Source of the DNA: Bryobacterales bacterium
GTDB taxonomy: Bacteria; Acidobacteriota; Terriglobia; Bryobacterales; UBA6623
NCBI GenBank assembly: GCA_022825595.1
Contig: JAJDWM010000338.1
Coordinates: 1 to 56,157, forward strand
Direction of reading: 5' to 3'
DNA: 56,157 bases
Below are positions 46,402 through 55,834 of this stretch, piece after piece. Position numbers and translations under genes: made by a program. Position 1 is the first letter of the stretch, and each line of letters begins with the position of its first letter. Below the pieces are notes generated by a model. It ran no database searches. It saw only the letters and a program-made list of their open reading frames with translations, and was not told where the DNA came from.

Positions 46402-47000
46402 GTGCGATCCTGCGGCCGCCCACTCAATGCACGCACGGCGCTCGTAGCTAGTGTCGGCGCAATAGCGCTGGGGATCCCAACGTTTCAGGTTGGTCTAGCG
46501 CAACTTTACGTCCGCCGCGGAAAGGCGCTGATTCCTTGCGGGTGCGAACGCCGCCCGGCTGTCGCTCCAGCCGGTAGCAGTCGGGGCAACTCATGGAGGT
46601 CACAAGACGGATTGAAGCACTCCGACGTCAAAGGATCGCCGTTGGGCGATTCAGCGAACGCACAGGCCGTAAGGTGAGTGAACGCCGAGCAGCCCTCGAA
46701 ACAAGCAATGCGGAGGCCGACCCGCCGTAAACATGGGGAAGGCTGCCAGCGACCGGAAAGCGAGCGACACGCGCACCGGTGGTCTCCGCCGGGGTATTGG
46801 CGTCGGCATGTGCAGAAGAGGGAAGCAGAAGCAACACGGGAAGCCCTGTCGGTAGCGCACACGCGTCAACCGGGGACCCGCGAGGGCCAGCTTGGGCCGG
46901 CAGGGTGGCGGAGAGGCCCGTATTAGTGAGGACGCCGGGTAATGCCGATGGAGCGAAGGGGCCTCGGTTGAGAGGAACGTATCGAGGCGCTAGCGGAGGA
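46402..47000 (+). mobile_element. group II intron-like structured RNA, 5' portion only (no reverse transcriptase ORF, no domain V/VI seen)
   Basis: It starts with GTGCG (46402; a second GTGCGA is at 46542). The region is dense in short perfect hairpins (e.g. CCGGCTG..CAGCCGG, ATCGCC-GTTG-GGCGAT). Its end translates to ..PGNADGAKGP.., a peptide I associate with the N-termini of bacterial intron-encoded proteins. Similarity ends where GC drops at about 47000. Confidence 0.4.
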
Positions 47001-47005
47001 CAGGG

Positions 47006-47368
47006 CTACCCGGACGGATGCAGGTCTTTGTTCCGAATCAGCCTCTGCAGAGCTTGAGCAACCGCCAGTGCATCAGACTTGCAGTCGAGGATCGCTGCAT
47101 GAGATTGGTCCTTCTTGGTCGGTCGATGCTTGACGCGAGCAACCAATCCGACTTCGGCTATTGCAGCCTTGATCGATCCGACGCTGAGCACGGCGAACTT
47201 GCCCGTCTTAGCCACTCGATACCGCTTCTTTCGAATCGCTTGAAAAACGCACTGAACCGCACAGGAAAGATTTGATTCTCCGCAACACTCAAGCCAGTTA
47301 ACCAAAAGGCAGGTTTCACCCGGTCGCAGTCGAAAGACAGCTGTTGACGGGTTTCCAGATCGCCGCAT
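47006..47368 (-). CDS. basic hypothetical protein (120 aa)
   Basis: An ORF in the lower-GC patch. The segment KKRYRVAKTGKFAVLSVGSIKAAIAEVGLVARVKHRPTKKDQSHAAILDC.. looks protein-like. No family recognised. Confidence 0.35.
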   Translation of the reverse strand: MRRSGNPSTAVFRLRPGETCLLVNWLECCGESNLSCAVQCVFQAIRKKRYRVAKTGKFAVLSVGSIKAAIAEVGLVARVKHRPTKKDQSHAAILDCKSDALAVAQALQRLIRNKDLHPSG

Positions 47369-47540
47369 TTTCTCCGGGATTCAGGATCTTTTCAAGTGAT
47401 CCGTATCAGAAATCTTGGGAATTGCCATGCGCTATTCTTTTGCTGTGGAAGAAATGTGGCTAGGGCTCCCAACATGTTGCTGTCGCTGCGGCCATTTGGA
47501 GGCTCGTCGGCTGTCAAGGCCTTTGATTCAGGATCGCTGC

Positions 47541-47813
47541 TCACTGCAGATACGCGTCGACTAGTTCAGCGGTATCGTCAAGCGTGTCCCTAAAGTAGGT
47601 CAGGATTCCTGACTGCGGGTCCAACACTCGCTCTTCCACTGTTAGCAAGACCATTAGCGCAGCGGCCAAATCCCTAGCCTCGCACCCTTCCTCGGACTCA
47701 TCCTCAAGAAGGGTGACCAGAGCCTCCAAGAACTCGGGAGTCGTTCTATCGAAGAGGTCGCTGCACGTTTCCGAAAGGGTCTGGGATTGCCCAGCTGTTA
47801 GGTCGCGCGCCAT
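47541..47813 (-). CDS. acidic hypothetical protein (90 aa)
   Basis: An ORF in the lower-GC patch. It is strongly acidic (LLEDESEEGCEARDL..., DTLDDTAELVDAYLQ). No family recognised. Confidence 0.4.
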   Translation of the reverse strand: MARDLTAGQSQTLSETCSDLFDRTTPEFLEALVTLLEDESEEGCEARDLAAALMVLLTVEERVLDPQSGILTYFRDTLDDTAELVDAYLQ

Positions 47814-47953
47814 CAGTGTTTCCCAACTTTCACGGTGTTTTACACGCCGGTTTGTTGCACTTACAGCCTAGAGGGCGGTCTAGCCACAGCGTTGCATCGT
47901 CCGATGGCGACCTGCACAACTCTCTCGATGCAGTCAATATTATGCATCATGGC

Positions 47954-49320
47954 CTAGGATGGATTCGCACTCGCGTAGTGCTCTGGCGGGATTGACAGTT
48001 TGACCTGTGTCGTCTCGCACTTTCGGACATGGGCATTGACTGTCTGGATCGTGGCCTCGGGCGTGCGGTCCCGGTGTGGCAAGAGTAAGGCACAGCCAAG
48101 AGCTGCCCATGCCGCATAGAGGGGACTTAACAGATTGGGTTTGATCTTGGCAGTCCTTGGGCATCCTCGATCATCACCGCATCGCCCATCCCGATGGGCA
48201 TGGCAGCACCTTCGAGGGCATCGCTAGAGCCAGCCGCAAGCAGGGCGGCGGGTCCTTGCTGCCCCGCCCGGCGAGACCTGACCGGCCAGCTGCTCACCGA
48301 GAGCGCCATCGACGCCCTTCCGGCCATTCCGCCCCAGTGCACCTGCCAGACGCCATGCTGATCGACTGCACAGCCGACATCGGCTCCTGCAGCCCGGATT
48401 GGCTGGAGAGGGTTCCGCGGACCACCGTCTTCTACCGCGTCAGGATTGGGTTGGGCGTGTGCCGATTGAGGAGTTGCGGAGAGGCTGGCAAGATGCGGCA
48501 CAGGCTGCGTTGGGCCAGTCACGGAGTTGACCCCCAGCTGCGGATCCGTCGGCGCAGTCCGGAATCCCGATGGTGGCGGCGGTCCAGGACTGGCATGGCT
48601 TGGGCAAGGCAGGTTTGGCCAACACTGGCGAACGCGGACGGCAACTGGTCGAGAGTGCCGCAGAGGGCCTGCACGTAACGTTCGTCGAGCAGGTCGGCGG
48701 CCAGGGCTGCCTGCCCTGGCTGATCCTGCATGTCGCGCCCCAAGTTCACGCGTCCCAAGCGGCGGTGCAGCTGGAGCTTGGCGTTGGGGGAGCAGTGCTC
48801 GGCCGGATTGTTGGTCCGTTCCACGACCGCGACGACTTGCCCGCTGGTGTCGAAAGCCACCAGATGTCCGAAGAGCTGGTGGAAGTAGCGGTCGAGGTAC
48901 TGCAGCACGATTGCTGCGGACCTCGCGCGGGCCCGCAGGCCGTGCCTGGACCACTTGGCGCAGGTTGTCGCGGTACTCCGAGGCCGAGGCCTCGATCGAG
49001 GCCAGCCGTGCCGCTCTGCAAGCGGGGCAGGCCTGCGACCAGTCGCGGCCCCGCAGCGCGTCATGGCGCATGCGCAAGGCTGCGCGCAGCGCGGCGAACG
49101 CGGCTTGGCTGCGCTCGAGGCGCACAGCGATGGCAGGCATGCCAAAGCAGGGGTGAAGAACGGGTTCCAGCAGTTCCCGGACATGCTCGAGAGTGCGCCG
49201 CTGCCGGTGTTGCAGCGTTGGGGACAGGCGCTGGCTGGCGTGCCGCTCGAAAGCGCGACAGCGCCGGTAGCAGTCCGCAGTCGGCAGGGCGGCAGTGCAG
49301 TCGGCAGGTGCGACTGCCAT
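47954..49320 (-). pseudogene. multiply frameshifted pseudogene, possibly transposase-related
   Basis: Protein-like sequence hops between three minus-strand frames. The pieces are MAVAPADC...EYRDNLRQVVQ, then IVLQYLDRYFHQLFGHLVAFDTSGQVVAVVERTNNPAEH..RRLGRVNLGRDM.., then ..AMPIGMGDAVMIEDAQG, then LSPLYAAWAALGCALLLPHRDRTPEATIQTVNAHVRKCETTQ. The TNN..E..(K/R)..RR.G motif resembles several IS transposase families. Confidence 0.4.
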
Positions 49321-49516
49321 ATGCTGCTCCCGCGTGTCGAGCTGCTGGCGGAGGACGGGGCTACCAACGGTTGGGAGGATTGTCCGGAAGCGGGGTTGGC
49401 GGAGCTAGGGCAATCGCTGGTTTATCGTTCTAGCGGCCGAGGATCGCAGCATGGGGTTGGCCACCCGGCAAGGGATTGTTGATGGGTCCTGTTAGTACAA
49501 GGCCGGAAGTATCAGG

Positions 49517-49822
49517 TCAGAAGTCGAGGGGCGAGAGTTCTACCGGCTTGTCCCACTTGCGGGTGAACAATGAACCGAGTCTCATCATTGCGTCGAACCT
49601 CTCAGGATTCGTGCTCCTGTAGAGCAACAGCGTGTACATTCGGTTCACTGCTGCCTTCATGATCTCCTTCATCTCGGGCTGAGTGATTCCGGAATAGCGG
49701 GATCGCCCCGCACATTCTGGACATTCCAAGCCCGCGTGACAATCTTCGATCGGGCCGTTGCGGAAAGCCAAGGCTACGATCGCCTTCGCCTCACGTGCCA
49801 ACTGTTCTTGCTCTCTTGTCAA
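49517..49822 (-). CDS. hypothetical protein (101 aa) with a CxxC pair
   Basis: The sequence is AFRNGPIEDCHAGLECPECAGRSRYSGITQPEMKEIMKAAVNRMYTLLLY. It has lower GC and clean ORF boundaries. No family recognised. Confidence 0.45.
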   Translation of the reverse strand: MTREQEQLAREAKAIVALAFRNGPIEDCHAGLECPECAGRSRYSGITQPEMKEIMKAAVNRMYTLLLYRSTNPERFDAMMRLGSLFTRKWDKPVELSPLDF

Positions 49823-50164
49823 TTGGGGCCTCCGGCGGCGATTATCCGCGCGTCAGTTAGTCCGAAGGCACTGTCCAAGATCGCCCCCGGCAAATCATGG
49901 GACCGGCGGTTCCGACGGACACCGGACGTCCTCTGGAAGTGTTCAGCGGCGCCGCCGTGAACGGTTCTCATCAGGTAGTGTACGCGCTTGGCTGAGAAGC
50001 GACCGTAGGCCCACTCAGACCTGCTCATTGCCCGATCCCGGCAGCCGGTCTCCTGGAACGATTTTGGCCGACCTAGAGTTCGCCAACCGGCCACAACTAT
50101 GGACAACACGATCCCCACTCCACAACATGTAGGTTATGCAAGCTGCAGGAGCGGCTCGGTGGCA

Positions 50165-50401
50165 CTACACTTGTGCCACAAGGAGGACGAGTCTCAATGC
50201 GCCGCAGACCTCCTTCCTGTGCAGTTGCGCTTCCACTCCAACGGCCGTCGCGATCTCGGCCGCCTCCGGTCTCGGGGTCGTGTCCAGGCAGTTCCCAATC
50301 AATCGTCCGTCGACGGTTCGACCACGTGTCGTGACGCAATCCAATTGCGCCACTTTCTGACGGATCGTGGTCCAGTTGTCGCAGACCCCGCACCGGCCAG
50401 C
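50165..50401 (-). pseudogene. possible remnant of a large serine recombinase zinc-ribbon region
   Basis: This is a start-less open frame: AGRCGVCDNWTTIRQKVAQLDCVTTRGRTVDGRLIGNCLDTTPRPEAAEIATAVGVEAQL. The CxxC...C...C spacing and the following helix resemble the recombinase zinc beta-ribbon. There is no catalytic domain upstream, because argJ abuts it. Confidence 0.25.
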
Positions 50402-50503
50402 CTACGCCGCCGCAGATGCACCGCGTGGCACGCAAGCAACGGCCGCGAACAGGTTCAAATCGGAGGTTTCTCCCGAAGGCCTTGAGCGGGCCGATCCGAA
50501 TTG

Positions 50504-51706
50504 TCAGGTGCGGTAATCGGCGTTTATGCGCACGTAGCCTTCAGTTAAGTCGCACGTCCAGACAGTCGCCCGTCCCCTGCCTTCCCCGCGCAGACGGAAC
50601 TCGATCTCGACCGAGTCGCCCTCCATGGCTCGCTGCACCGAAGCCTCCACGAAGTCGGCTCGCATGCCGCCCGAGCAAACCTGCGCGCCATTGATGGAGA
50701 TATCGGCATCGTCCGGACGGAAAGGCTGTCCCGACTTGCCCGCAGCCGCTAGGATTCTCCCCCAATTCGGATCTGCCCCGGCGATGGCCGTCTTGACGAG
50801 CGGGGAATTAGCGATCGCCATAGCGATCCGCCTAGCGGCGCCTTCCGACTCCGCGCCCTGAACCGCGATCCGCGCCAGCTTGGAGGCCCCTTCGCCGTCC
50901 CGCACGATGTCGATCGCCAGCGCTTTGGTCAACCCGCCGAGCGCCTCCGCGAAGGCAATCACAGATTCCGCACTCTCCCCGACGGTCACGCCCGAAGCCC
51001 CGTTCGCCAGCAGGAGGACGGTGTCGTTCGTCGAAGTGTCCGAGTCCACCGTGATGCAGTTGAAGCTTCGTCCCACCGCCAGCCGGAGGGCCTTCCGCAA
51101 GTGCCCCGGCGACACGTCTGCATCTGTGAACAGGAAGCTCAGCATGGTTGCCATGTCCGGCATGATCATGCCCGCCCCCTTGGCCATTCCCGCAACCCGC
51201 GCTGTGCGGCCCCCGACCTCGAATGACGCGCAGCGCGCCTTCGGGACGGTGTCGGTGGTCATGATGGCCTTGGCGCATGCCTCGAACTGGCCCCGGTCCA
51301 GGGACCGCCACAGGCCGGGCAGAGCATCGGGGATAACGTCCTCGGCGAAGGGTTCGCCGATCACCCCCGTTGAGGCCACCAGCACCTGATGCCGCGGCAC
51401 GCCGGCCAGAGCCGCTGCCGCCGCTGCCGTTGCTTCTGCCACAGCGGCTTGGTTGGGCGTCGCGCAGTTCGCGTTGCCGGCATTTGCGACGACCGCGCGG
51501 GCCTTCCCACCGCTCTCGCGCAGCGCCTTCGCGCTGAGCTCGACCGGGGCTGCGCGCACGCAGTTCTTCGTGAAGACTCCCGCCGCCGCCGCTGGGCGTT
51601 CGGAGACCATCAGCGCTAGGTCATCCCCTCCGTGCTTGCGGATGCCGGCGCGACCCGCTGCGAAGCGGAATCCCAGCGGCAAGTGTGATGCGGTCAGTTG
51701 TCGCAT
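50504..51706 (-). CDS. argJ: bifunctional glutamate N-acetyltransferase / amino-acid acetyltransferase
   Basis: I place the start at ATG 51706 (MRQLTASHLPLGFRFAAGRAGI...). The MATMLSFLFTDA autoprocessing region and the C-terminal TVWTCDLTEGYVRINADYRT are typical ArgJ features. Confidence 0.9.
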   Translation of the reverse strand: MRQLTASHLPLGFRFAAGRAGIRKHGGDDLALMVSERPAAAAGVFTKNCVRAAPVELSAKALRESGGKARAVVANAGNANCATPNQAAVAEATAAAAAALAGVPRHQVLVASTGVIGEPFAEDVIPDALPGLWRSLDRGQFEACAKAIMTTDTVPKARCASFEVGGRTARVAGMAKGAGMIMPDMATMLSFLFTDADVSPGHLRKALRLAVGRSFNCITVDSDTSTNDTVLLLANGASGVTVGESAESVIAFAEALGGLTKALAIDIVRDGEGASKLARIAVQGAESEGAARRIAMAIANSPLVKTAIAGADPNWGRILAAAGKSGQPFRPDDADISINGAQVCSGGMRADFVEASVQRAMEGDSVEIEFRLRGEGRGRATVWTCDLTEGYVRINADYRT

Positions 51707-52626
51707 TGGCCAAGTGCCTCGTTCGGCGCCAAGCGCCAACCGCGCAGAAACACCGGTGCAGCCATGCGCCGGCGGCCCTCGAGCTGGACTTCCCGCAATA
51801 CGAGATTGCCTGCCCCGCAGCCCACGGCGAGCCCTATGCGGTGGACCTTGGCCAGACCAGGCTCCAGGTCTCCTCCGGCGGCGGGGACGGCATCCCAGAT
51901 TCGCAGGCGTCGATTCCGGAAGTAAGTGTGAATCCCCGGCCAAGGGTCCAACCCCCGCAGCCGGTCGTAAATCGAGACGGCGGGTAACGACCAGTCGATC
52001 AGGCCGTCCTCTCTGCGCAGCATGGGCGCATATGTGGCCGCCGCGTGGTCTTGGGGTGTTGGCTGGAGCGTCCCGTCTAGCAGGCGGTCTAGCGTTTCCA
52101 GCAGGAGGTCGGCACCGACCGGGGCGAGGCGTCGAGCGAGGTCGGAGGCCCTCTCCGACGGGCCGATCTTGGTACTCCGGCGGAGGAGGATGTCACCGGC
52201 ATCCATCTTCCGCGAGATGCGCATGGTCGTCACGCCCGTCTCGCGCTCTCCCCTCACGATCGCCCAGTTCAGAGGCGCGGCCCCCCGGTACTTGGGAAGG
52301 AGCGACGAGTGCACGTTGACACAGCCGTGGCGAGTGAGGACGCGGATGCGCTTGGGAATCATCTGGCCGTAGCCGACCACTGCAATCACGTCAGCATGGC
52401 ACGCTGCCATTCTGGCGAAGCTTTCGTCCTCGCCCACGCGCCGCGGCTGCGCCAGGGCCAAGCCCAGTTCGGCGGCTCGGTCCTTGACAGCGGGCGCCTT
52501 CAGCTTCCTCCCCCGGCCGGCCGGTCGGTCCGGCTGCGTGATGACGAGGCGCACGTCGTGACGGTTCGCCAATGCCTCCAGCGACGGCACGGCGAACTCT
52601 GGTGTACCGATGAAGATGGCCCGCAC
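51694..52626 (-). CDS. fmt: methionyl-tRNA formyltransferase
   Basis: 310 aa with MRAIFIGTPEFAVPSLEAL, VNVHSSLLPKYRGAAPLNWAI and a C-terminal beta-barrel domain. It overlaps the argJ start by 13 nt. Confidence 0.9.
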   Translation of the reverse strand: MRAIFIGTPEFAVPSLEALANRHDVRLVITQPDRPAGRGRKLKAPAVKDRAAELGLALAQPRRVGEDESFARMAACHADVIAVVGYGQMIPKRIRVLTRHGCVNVHSSLLPKYRGAAPLNWAIVRGERETGVTTMRISRKMDAGDILLRRSTKIGPSERASDLARRLAPVGADLLLETLDRLLDGTLQPTPQDHAAATYAPMLRREDGLIDWSLPAVSIYDRLRGLDPWPGIHTYFRNRRLRIWDAVPAAGGDLEPGLAKVHRIGLAVGCGAGNLVLREVQLEGRRRMAAPVFLRGWRLAPNEALGQCDN

Positions 52627-52627
52627 T

Positions 52628-53149
52628 TCAGGACCACTCGCCCTGCCTGGCTAGGTTGCGGATCTTCTTCTTGATCAATCCACGCTTCAGCGTTCCGAGG
52701 TGGCTGAGGAACAGCACGCCGTTCAAGTGGTCGTTCTCATGGCAGATCGCGCGTGCCAGCAGACCCGTGGCCTCCACCTCGCCGTGGCTGCCGTCCACCC
52801 TCCGGAAGCGGGCCCTCACTGTCGCGGGCCGGGTTACCTTGCCGGTGAAACCAGGGATCGAGAGGCAGCCTTCCGTCCCGACCTGCTCGCCATCGGACGA
52901 GACAATCTCCGGATTGATCAGCACCTGAGGCTCGGACCGCGTGTCCGGCCCTGAGCAGTCGATCACCGTCAGGCGCTTCAGCAGCCCGACCTGCGGCGCC
53001 GCCAGGCCGACGCCTTCTGCGTCATACATCGTCTCGAACATGTCACTGACCAGTCTCCGCAGTTGGGGCTTGCCGAACTCGTCCTCATTGACGGGTTCGC
53101 ACACGGTCTCTAGGACCGGGTCTCCGTACAGTACGATCCTGAGCAGCAT
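52628..53149 (-). CDS. def: peptide deformylase
   Basis: 173 aa with the GVGLAAPQVG, EGCLSIPG and HENDHLNG motifs. Confidence 0.9.
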   Translation of the reverse strand: MLLRIVLYGDPVLETVCEPVNEDEFGKPQLRRLVSDMFETMYDAEGVGLAAPQVGLLKRLTVIDCSGPDTRSEPQVLINPEIVSSDGEQVGTEGCLSIPGFTGKVTRPATVRARFRRVDGSHGEVEATGLLARAICHENDHLNGVLFLSHLGTLKRGLIKKKIRNLARQGEWS

Positions 53150-53273
53150 CGACGCGTTTCGATTGCGGTCTCTCCATGGTAGTCGGGCGGGAGCCTGCCC
53201 TGACGATCACGCCCCAGCAGGCGGTGGGGCGGAGGAATCTCGGGCCCGCGATCCTTGGTCTACAATCGGGCGC

Positions 53274-54452
53274 ATGGTTCGAGTTCCGGCTTGTCTCATC
53301 CCCACCTTGCTGTTCGCGGTTGGCCTTGCCGCCGCCCCGTGGGAGAGGCACACGATCGATGCGTCCGGCGAGGGTGCCGACGGAGTGCGGGTCGCCGACG
53401 TCAATGGTGACGGCCTGCCGGACATCGCGACCCCCTGGGAACAGTCCGGGCACGTCCGGGCCTACCTGCATCCTGGTGCGGGCAAGGCCGCCGGGGAGTG
53501 GCCCGCTGTGACGGTGGGCATGGTCGCCAGCCCGGAGGACGCTGTGTTCGCCGACATGGACGGCGACGGCCGATTCGAAGTCGTCAGCTCGACCGAGGGT
53601 GACGAGAAGACCGTTTACATCCACCAGTCGTCCGGCGAGTCCTATCTGGATCCGGCAGGCTGGGAGACCCGCGCGGTGACCCGCTCGGTGGGGAAGAACC
53701 AGTGGATGTTCGCCCATCCGATGGACGTTGACGGGAACGGGTCAATGGACCTCGTGGCGGGTTCGAAGAACGACTTCGCCGCCATCGGGGCATGGCGCTT
53801 TCCGACAAGTGCCGGGGGCAGGGCCTCTTGGAGCCGCTGGTACGGGGCCGGATGGGTGATGTCCATCCTCTCCCACGACATGAACGGGGACGGGGCGCCT
53901 GACATCGTTGCGAGCGATCGGACAGGTCCGCGGCGCGGTGCGCTCTGGTTCCAGAACATGCCCGGAAGCGCCGCGTGGCCGGTCGTTCGGATCGGCGCCG
54001 AAGGCGAGCACGAGGCGATGTTCCTCGACGTCGCGGATGTGGACGGCGACGGCCAGACAGATGTGGTGATGGCTGTCAAGGGAGGCCCGATCCAGTTCTT
54101 CCGCAGCACGTCCGCGAGGGGCAACAGGTGGCGGACGCACTCGATTTCGGTGCCGCCCGGCTTCGGCACCGGGAAGGCAGTGGCGGTGGGCGACATGGAT
54201 CAGGACGGGGACGCCGACATCGTCTTCACTTGTGAGGGTGCTGAAGGGGACCTGTCCGGGGTTGGCCTGTTGAGCAATTCCGGGGACGCGACCGCCTCCG
54301 AGTGGGAGGCGACGGACGTGGGCGGCCCGCAAGGCACGAAGTTCGACCGCATTGAGCTGCTTGACCTAGACGGCGACGGGGATCTGGACATTCTCACGAG
54401 CGAGGAGACCGACCTGCTCGGAGTGGTCTGGTACGAGAATCCCGCGCGCTGA
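53274..54452 (+). CDS. seven-bladed FG-GAP/VCBS-repeat secreted protein
   Basis: Start at ATG 53274 (MVRVPACLIPTLLFAVGLAAA). It has seven Ca-loop motifs (ADVNGDGLPDI, ADMDGDGRFEV, MDVDGNGSMDLV, HDMNGDGAPDIV, ADVDGDGQTDVV, GDMDQDGDADIV, LDLDGDGDLDIL). Confidence 0.8.
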   Translation: MVRVPACLIPTLLFAVGLAAAPWERHTIDASGEGADGVRVADVNGDGLPDIATPWEQSGHVRAYLHPGAGKAAGEWPAVTVGMVASPEDAVFADMDGDGRFEVVSSTEGDEKTVYIHQSSGESYLDPAGWETRAVTRSVGKNQWMFAHPMDVDGNGSMDLVAGSKNDFAAIGAWRFPTSAGGRASWSRWYGAGWVMSILSHDMNGDGAPDIVASDRTGPRRGALWFQNMPGSAAWPVVRIGAEGEHEAMFLDVADVDGDGQTDVVMAVKGGPIQFFRSTSARGNRWRTHSISVPPGFGTGKAVAVGDMDQDGDADIVFTCEGAEGDLSGVGLLSNSGDATASEWEATDVGGPQGTKFDRIELLDLDGDGDLDILTSEETDLLGVVWYENPAR

Positions 54453-54571
54453 CGATCCGTCCGCCGAAGGCCGCGGGCACGCGCCCCCGTGCCAAGCGCC
54501 CAGAGCGCTCTGCTGCGAGACACCCTTTCTGGAGTCAGCCCGCGATCTGGCGGGCATCCCGCGGCACATTC

Positions 54572-54598
54572 GGCAGCGCTGGGTAGCCCAGCGCTGCC
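54572..54598 (+). promoter_or_regulatory. perfect 12-bp-stem hairpin / palindrome just upstream of the trpB ribosome-binding site
   Basis: The sequence is GGCAGCGCTGGG tag CCCAGCGCTGCC. It ends 14 nt before the trpB ATG (54613) and is followed by tgtAAGGTGGaaacATG. Confidence 0.35.
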
Positions 54599-54612
54599 TG
54601 TAAGGTGGAAAC

Positions 54613-55818
54613 ATGCAACAGGCGTTCCCCACCGGTCCGGATTCCTTGGGGCACTTCGGCCAGTTCGGCGGGCGCTTCGCACCCGAGATCCTGGTCACCC
54701 CGCTGCAGGATCTGGAGGCCACCTACGAGCAGGTCCGACACGACCCCGGCTTTCTCGCGGAGCTGGGTGAGCTGAACGACCGCTATGCAGGCCGGCCGAC
54801 CCCCCTGTTCCATGCTCGCCGCCTCAGCGAGGAGCTGGGGGGAGCCCGCATCTTCCTCAAGCGCGAGGATCTGCTGCACACCGGTGCCCACAAGATCAAC
54901 AACTGCCTTGGACAGGCGCTGCTGGCGCGCCGGATGGGCAAGCGGCGGATCATAGCCGAGACAGGCGCGGGTCAGCACGGCGTCGCAACCGCGACGGTCT
55001 GCGCGCTCTTCGGCTTGGAGTGCGTCGTCTACATGGGCTCCGAGGACATGCGTCGCCAGGAGCTGAACGTCTTTCGCATGCGTCTGCTGGGCGCGCGCGT
55101 CGAGGGAGTGCACGCCGGCAGCTGCACCCTCAAAGAGGCGATTTCCGAGGCCATGCGCGACTGGGCCGGCAGCTTCGAGTCCACTCACTACATGCTCGGC
55201 TCTGCGCTCGGACCGCACCCCTATCCGATGATCGTGCGCGATTTCCAGAGGGTGATCGGGGTCGAGGCGCGCCGGCAGTTTCGGGAGATCTCTGGGGGCG
55301 GATGCCCCGACTTGCTGATTGCCTGCGTCGGCGGCGGCAGCAATGCGATCGGCCTGTTCCACGCTTTCTTGGCCGACGAGGGCGTTGAGATGGTCGGCGT
55401 CGAAGCCGGGGGGCGTGGCGAGAGCCTCGGAGACCATGCCGCACGCTTCGCCGGCGGCGTCCCCGGTGTGCTTCAGGGGACTCGCAGCTACATCCTGCAG
55501 GACGAGGATGGCCAGATTGCCGGGACTCACTCGGTGTCAGCCGGCCTGGACTACGCCTCGGTCGGCCCCGAGCACGCCTGGCTGCGCGAGATGGGCCGGT
55601 CCAGCTACACCTCTTGCTCCGACGAAGACGCGGTCTCCGCCGTGCGCATGTTGTGCCATCTAGAGGGGATCCTGCCCGCACTTGAGTCGGCCCACGCCGT
55701 CGCAGAGGCGATCGCGCGGGCGCCGGGATCTCCCGGCCGCTCGATCATCGTCAACCTCTCCGGCCGCGGGGACAAGGACATCGGCATCTTGCGGGAGAAC
55801 CTTCCCGAGATCGGATAG
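54613..55818 (+). CDS. trpB: tryptophan synthase beta chain
   Basis: 401 aa with [29 protein letters not shown] (PLP lysine) and GGGSNAIG. Confidence 0.92.
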   Translation: MQQAFPTGPDSLGHFGQFGGRFAPEILVTPLQDLEATYEQVRHDPGFLAELGELNDRYAGRPTPLFHARRLSEELGGARIFLKREDLLHTGAHKINNCLGQALLARRMGKRRIIAETGAGQHGVATATVCALFGLECVVYMGSEDMRRQELNVFRMRLLGARVEGVHAGSCTLKEAISEAMRDWAGSFESTHYMLGSALGPHPYPMIVRDFQRVIGVEARRQFREISGGGCPDLLIACVGGGSNAIGLFHAFLADEGVEMVGVEAGGRGESLGDHAARFAGGVPGVLQGTRSYILQDEDGQIAGTHSVSAGLDYASVGPEHAWLREMGRSSYTSCSDEDAVSAVRMLCHLEGILPALESAHAVAEAIARAPGSPGRSIIVNLSGRGDKDIGILRENLPEIG

Positions 55819-55834
55819 CAGCGGTTCTTCGGGC

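Noticed and set aside
48527-49433. Plus-strand ORFs of 209-287 aa that could have been the missing intron reverse transcriptase
   Set aside because: They show no RT motifs (no YADD-type block) and have Arg/Gly/Ala low complexity. They are antisense to the more protein-like frameshifted minus-strand gene.
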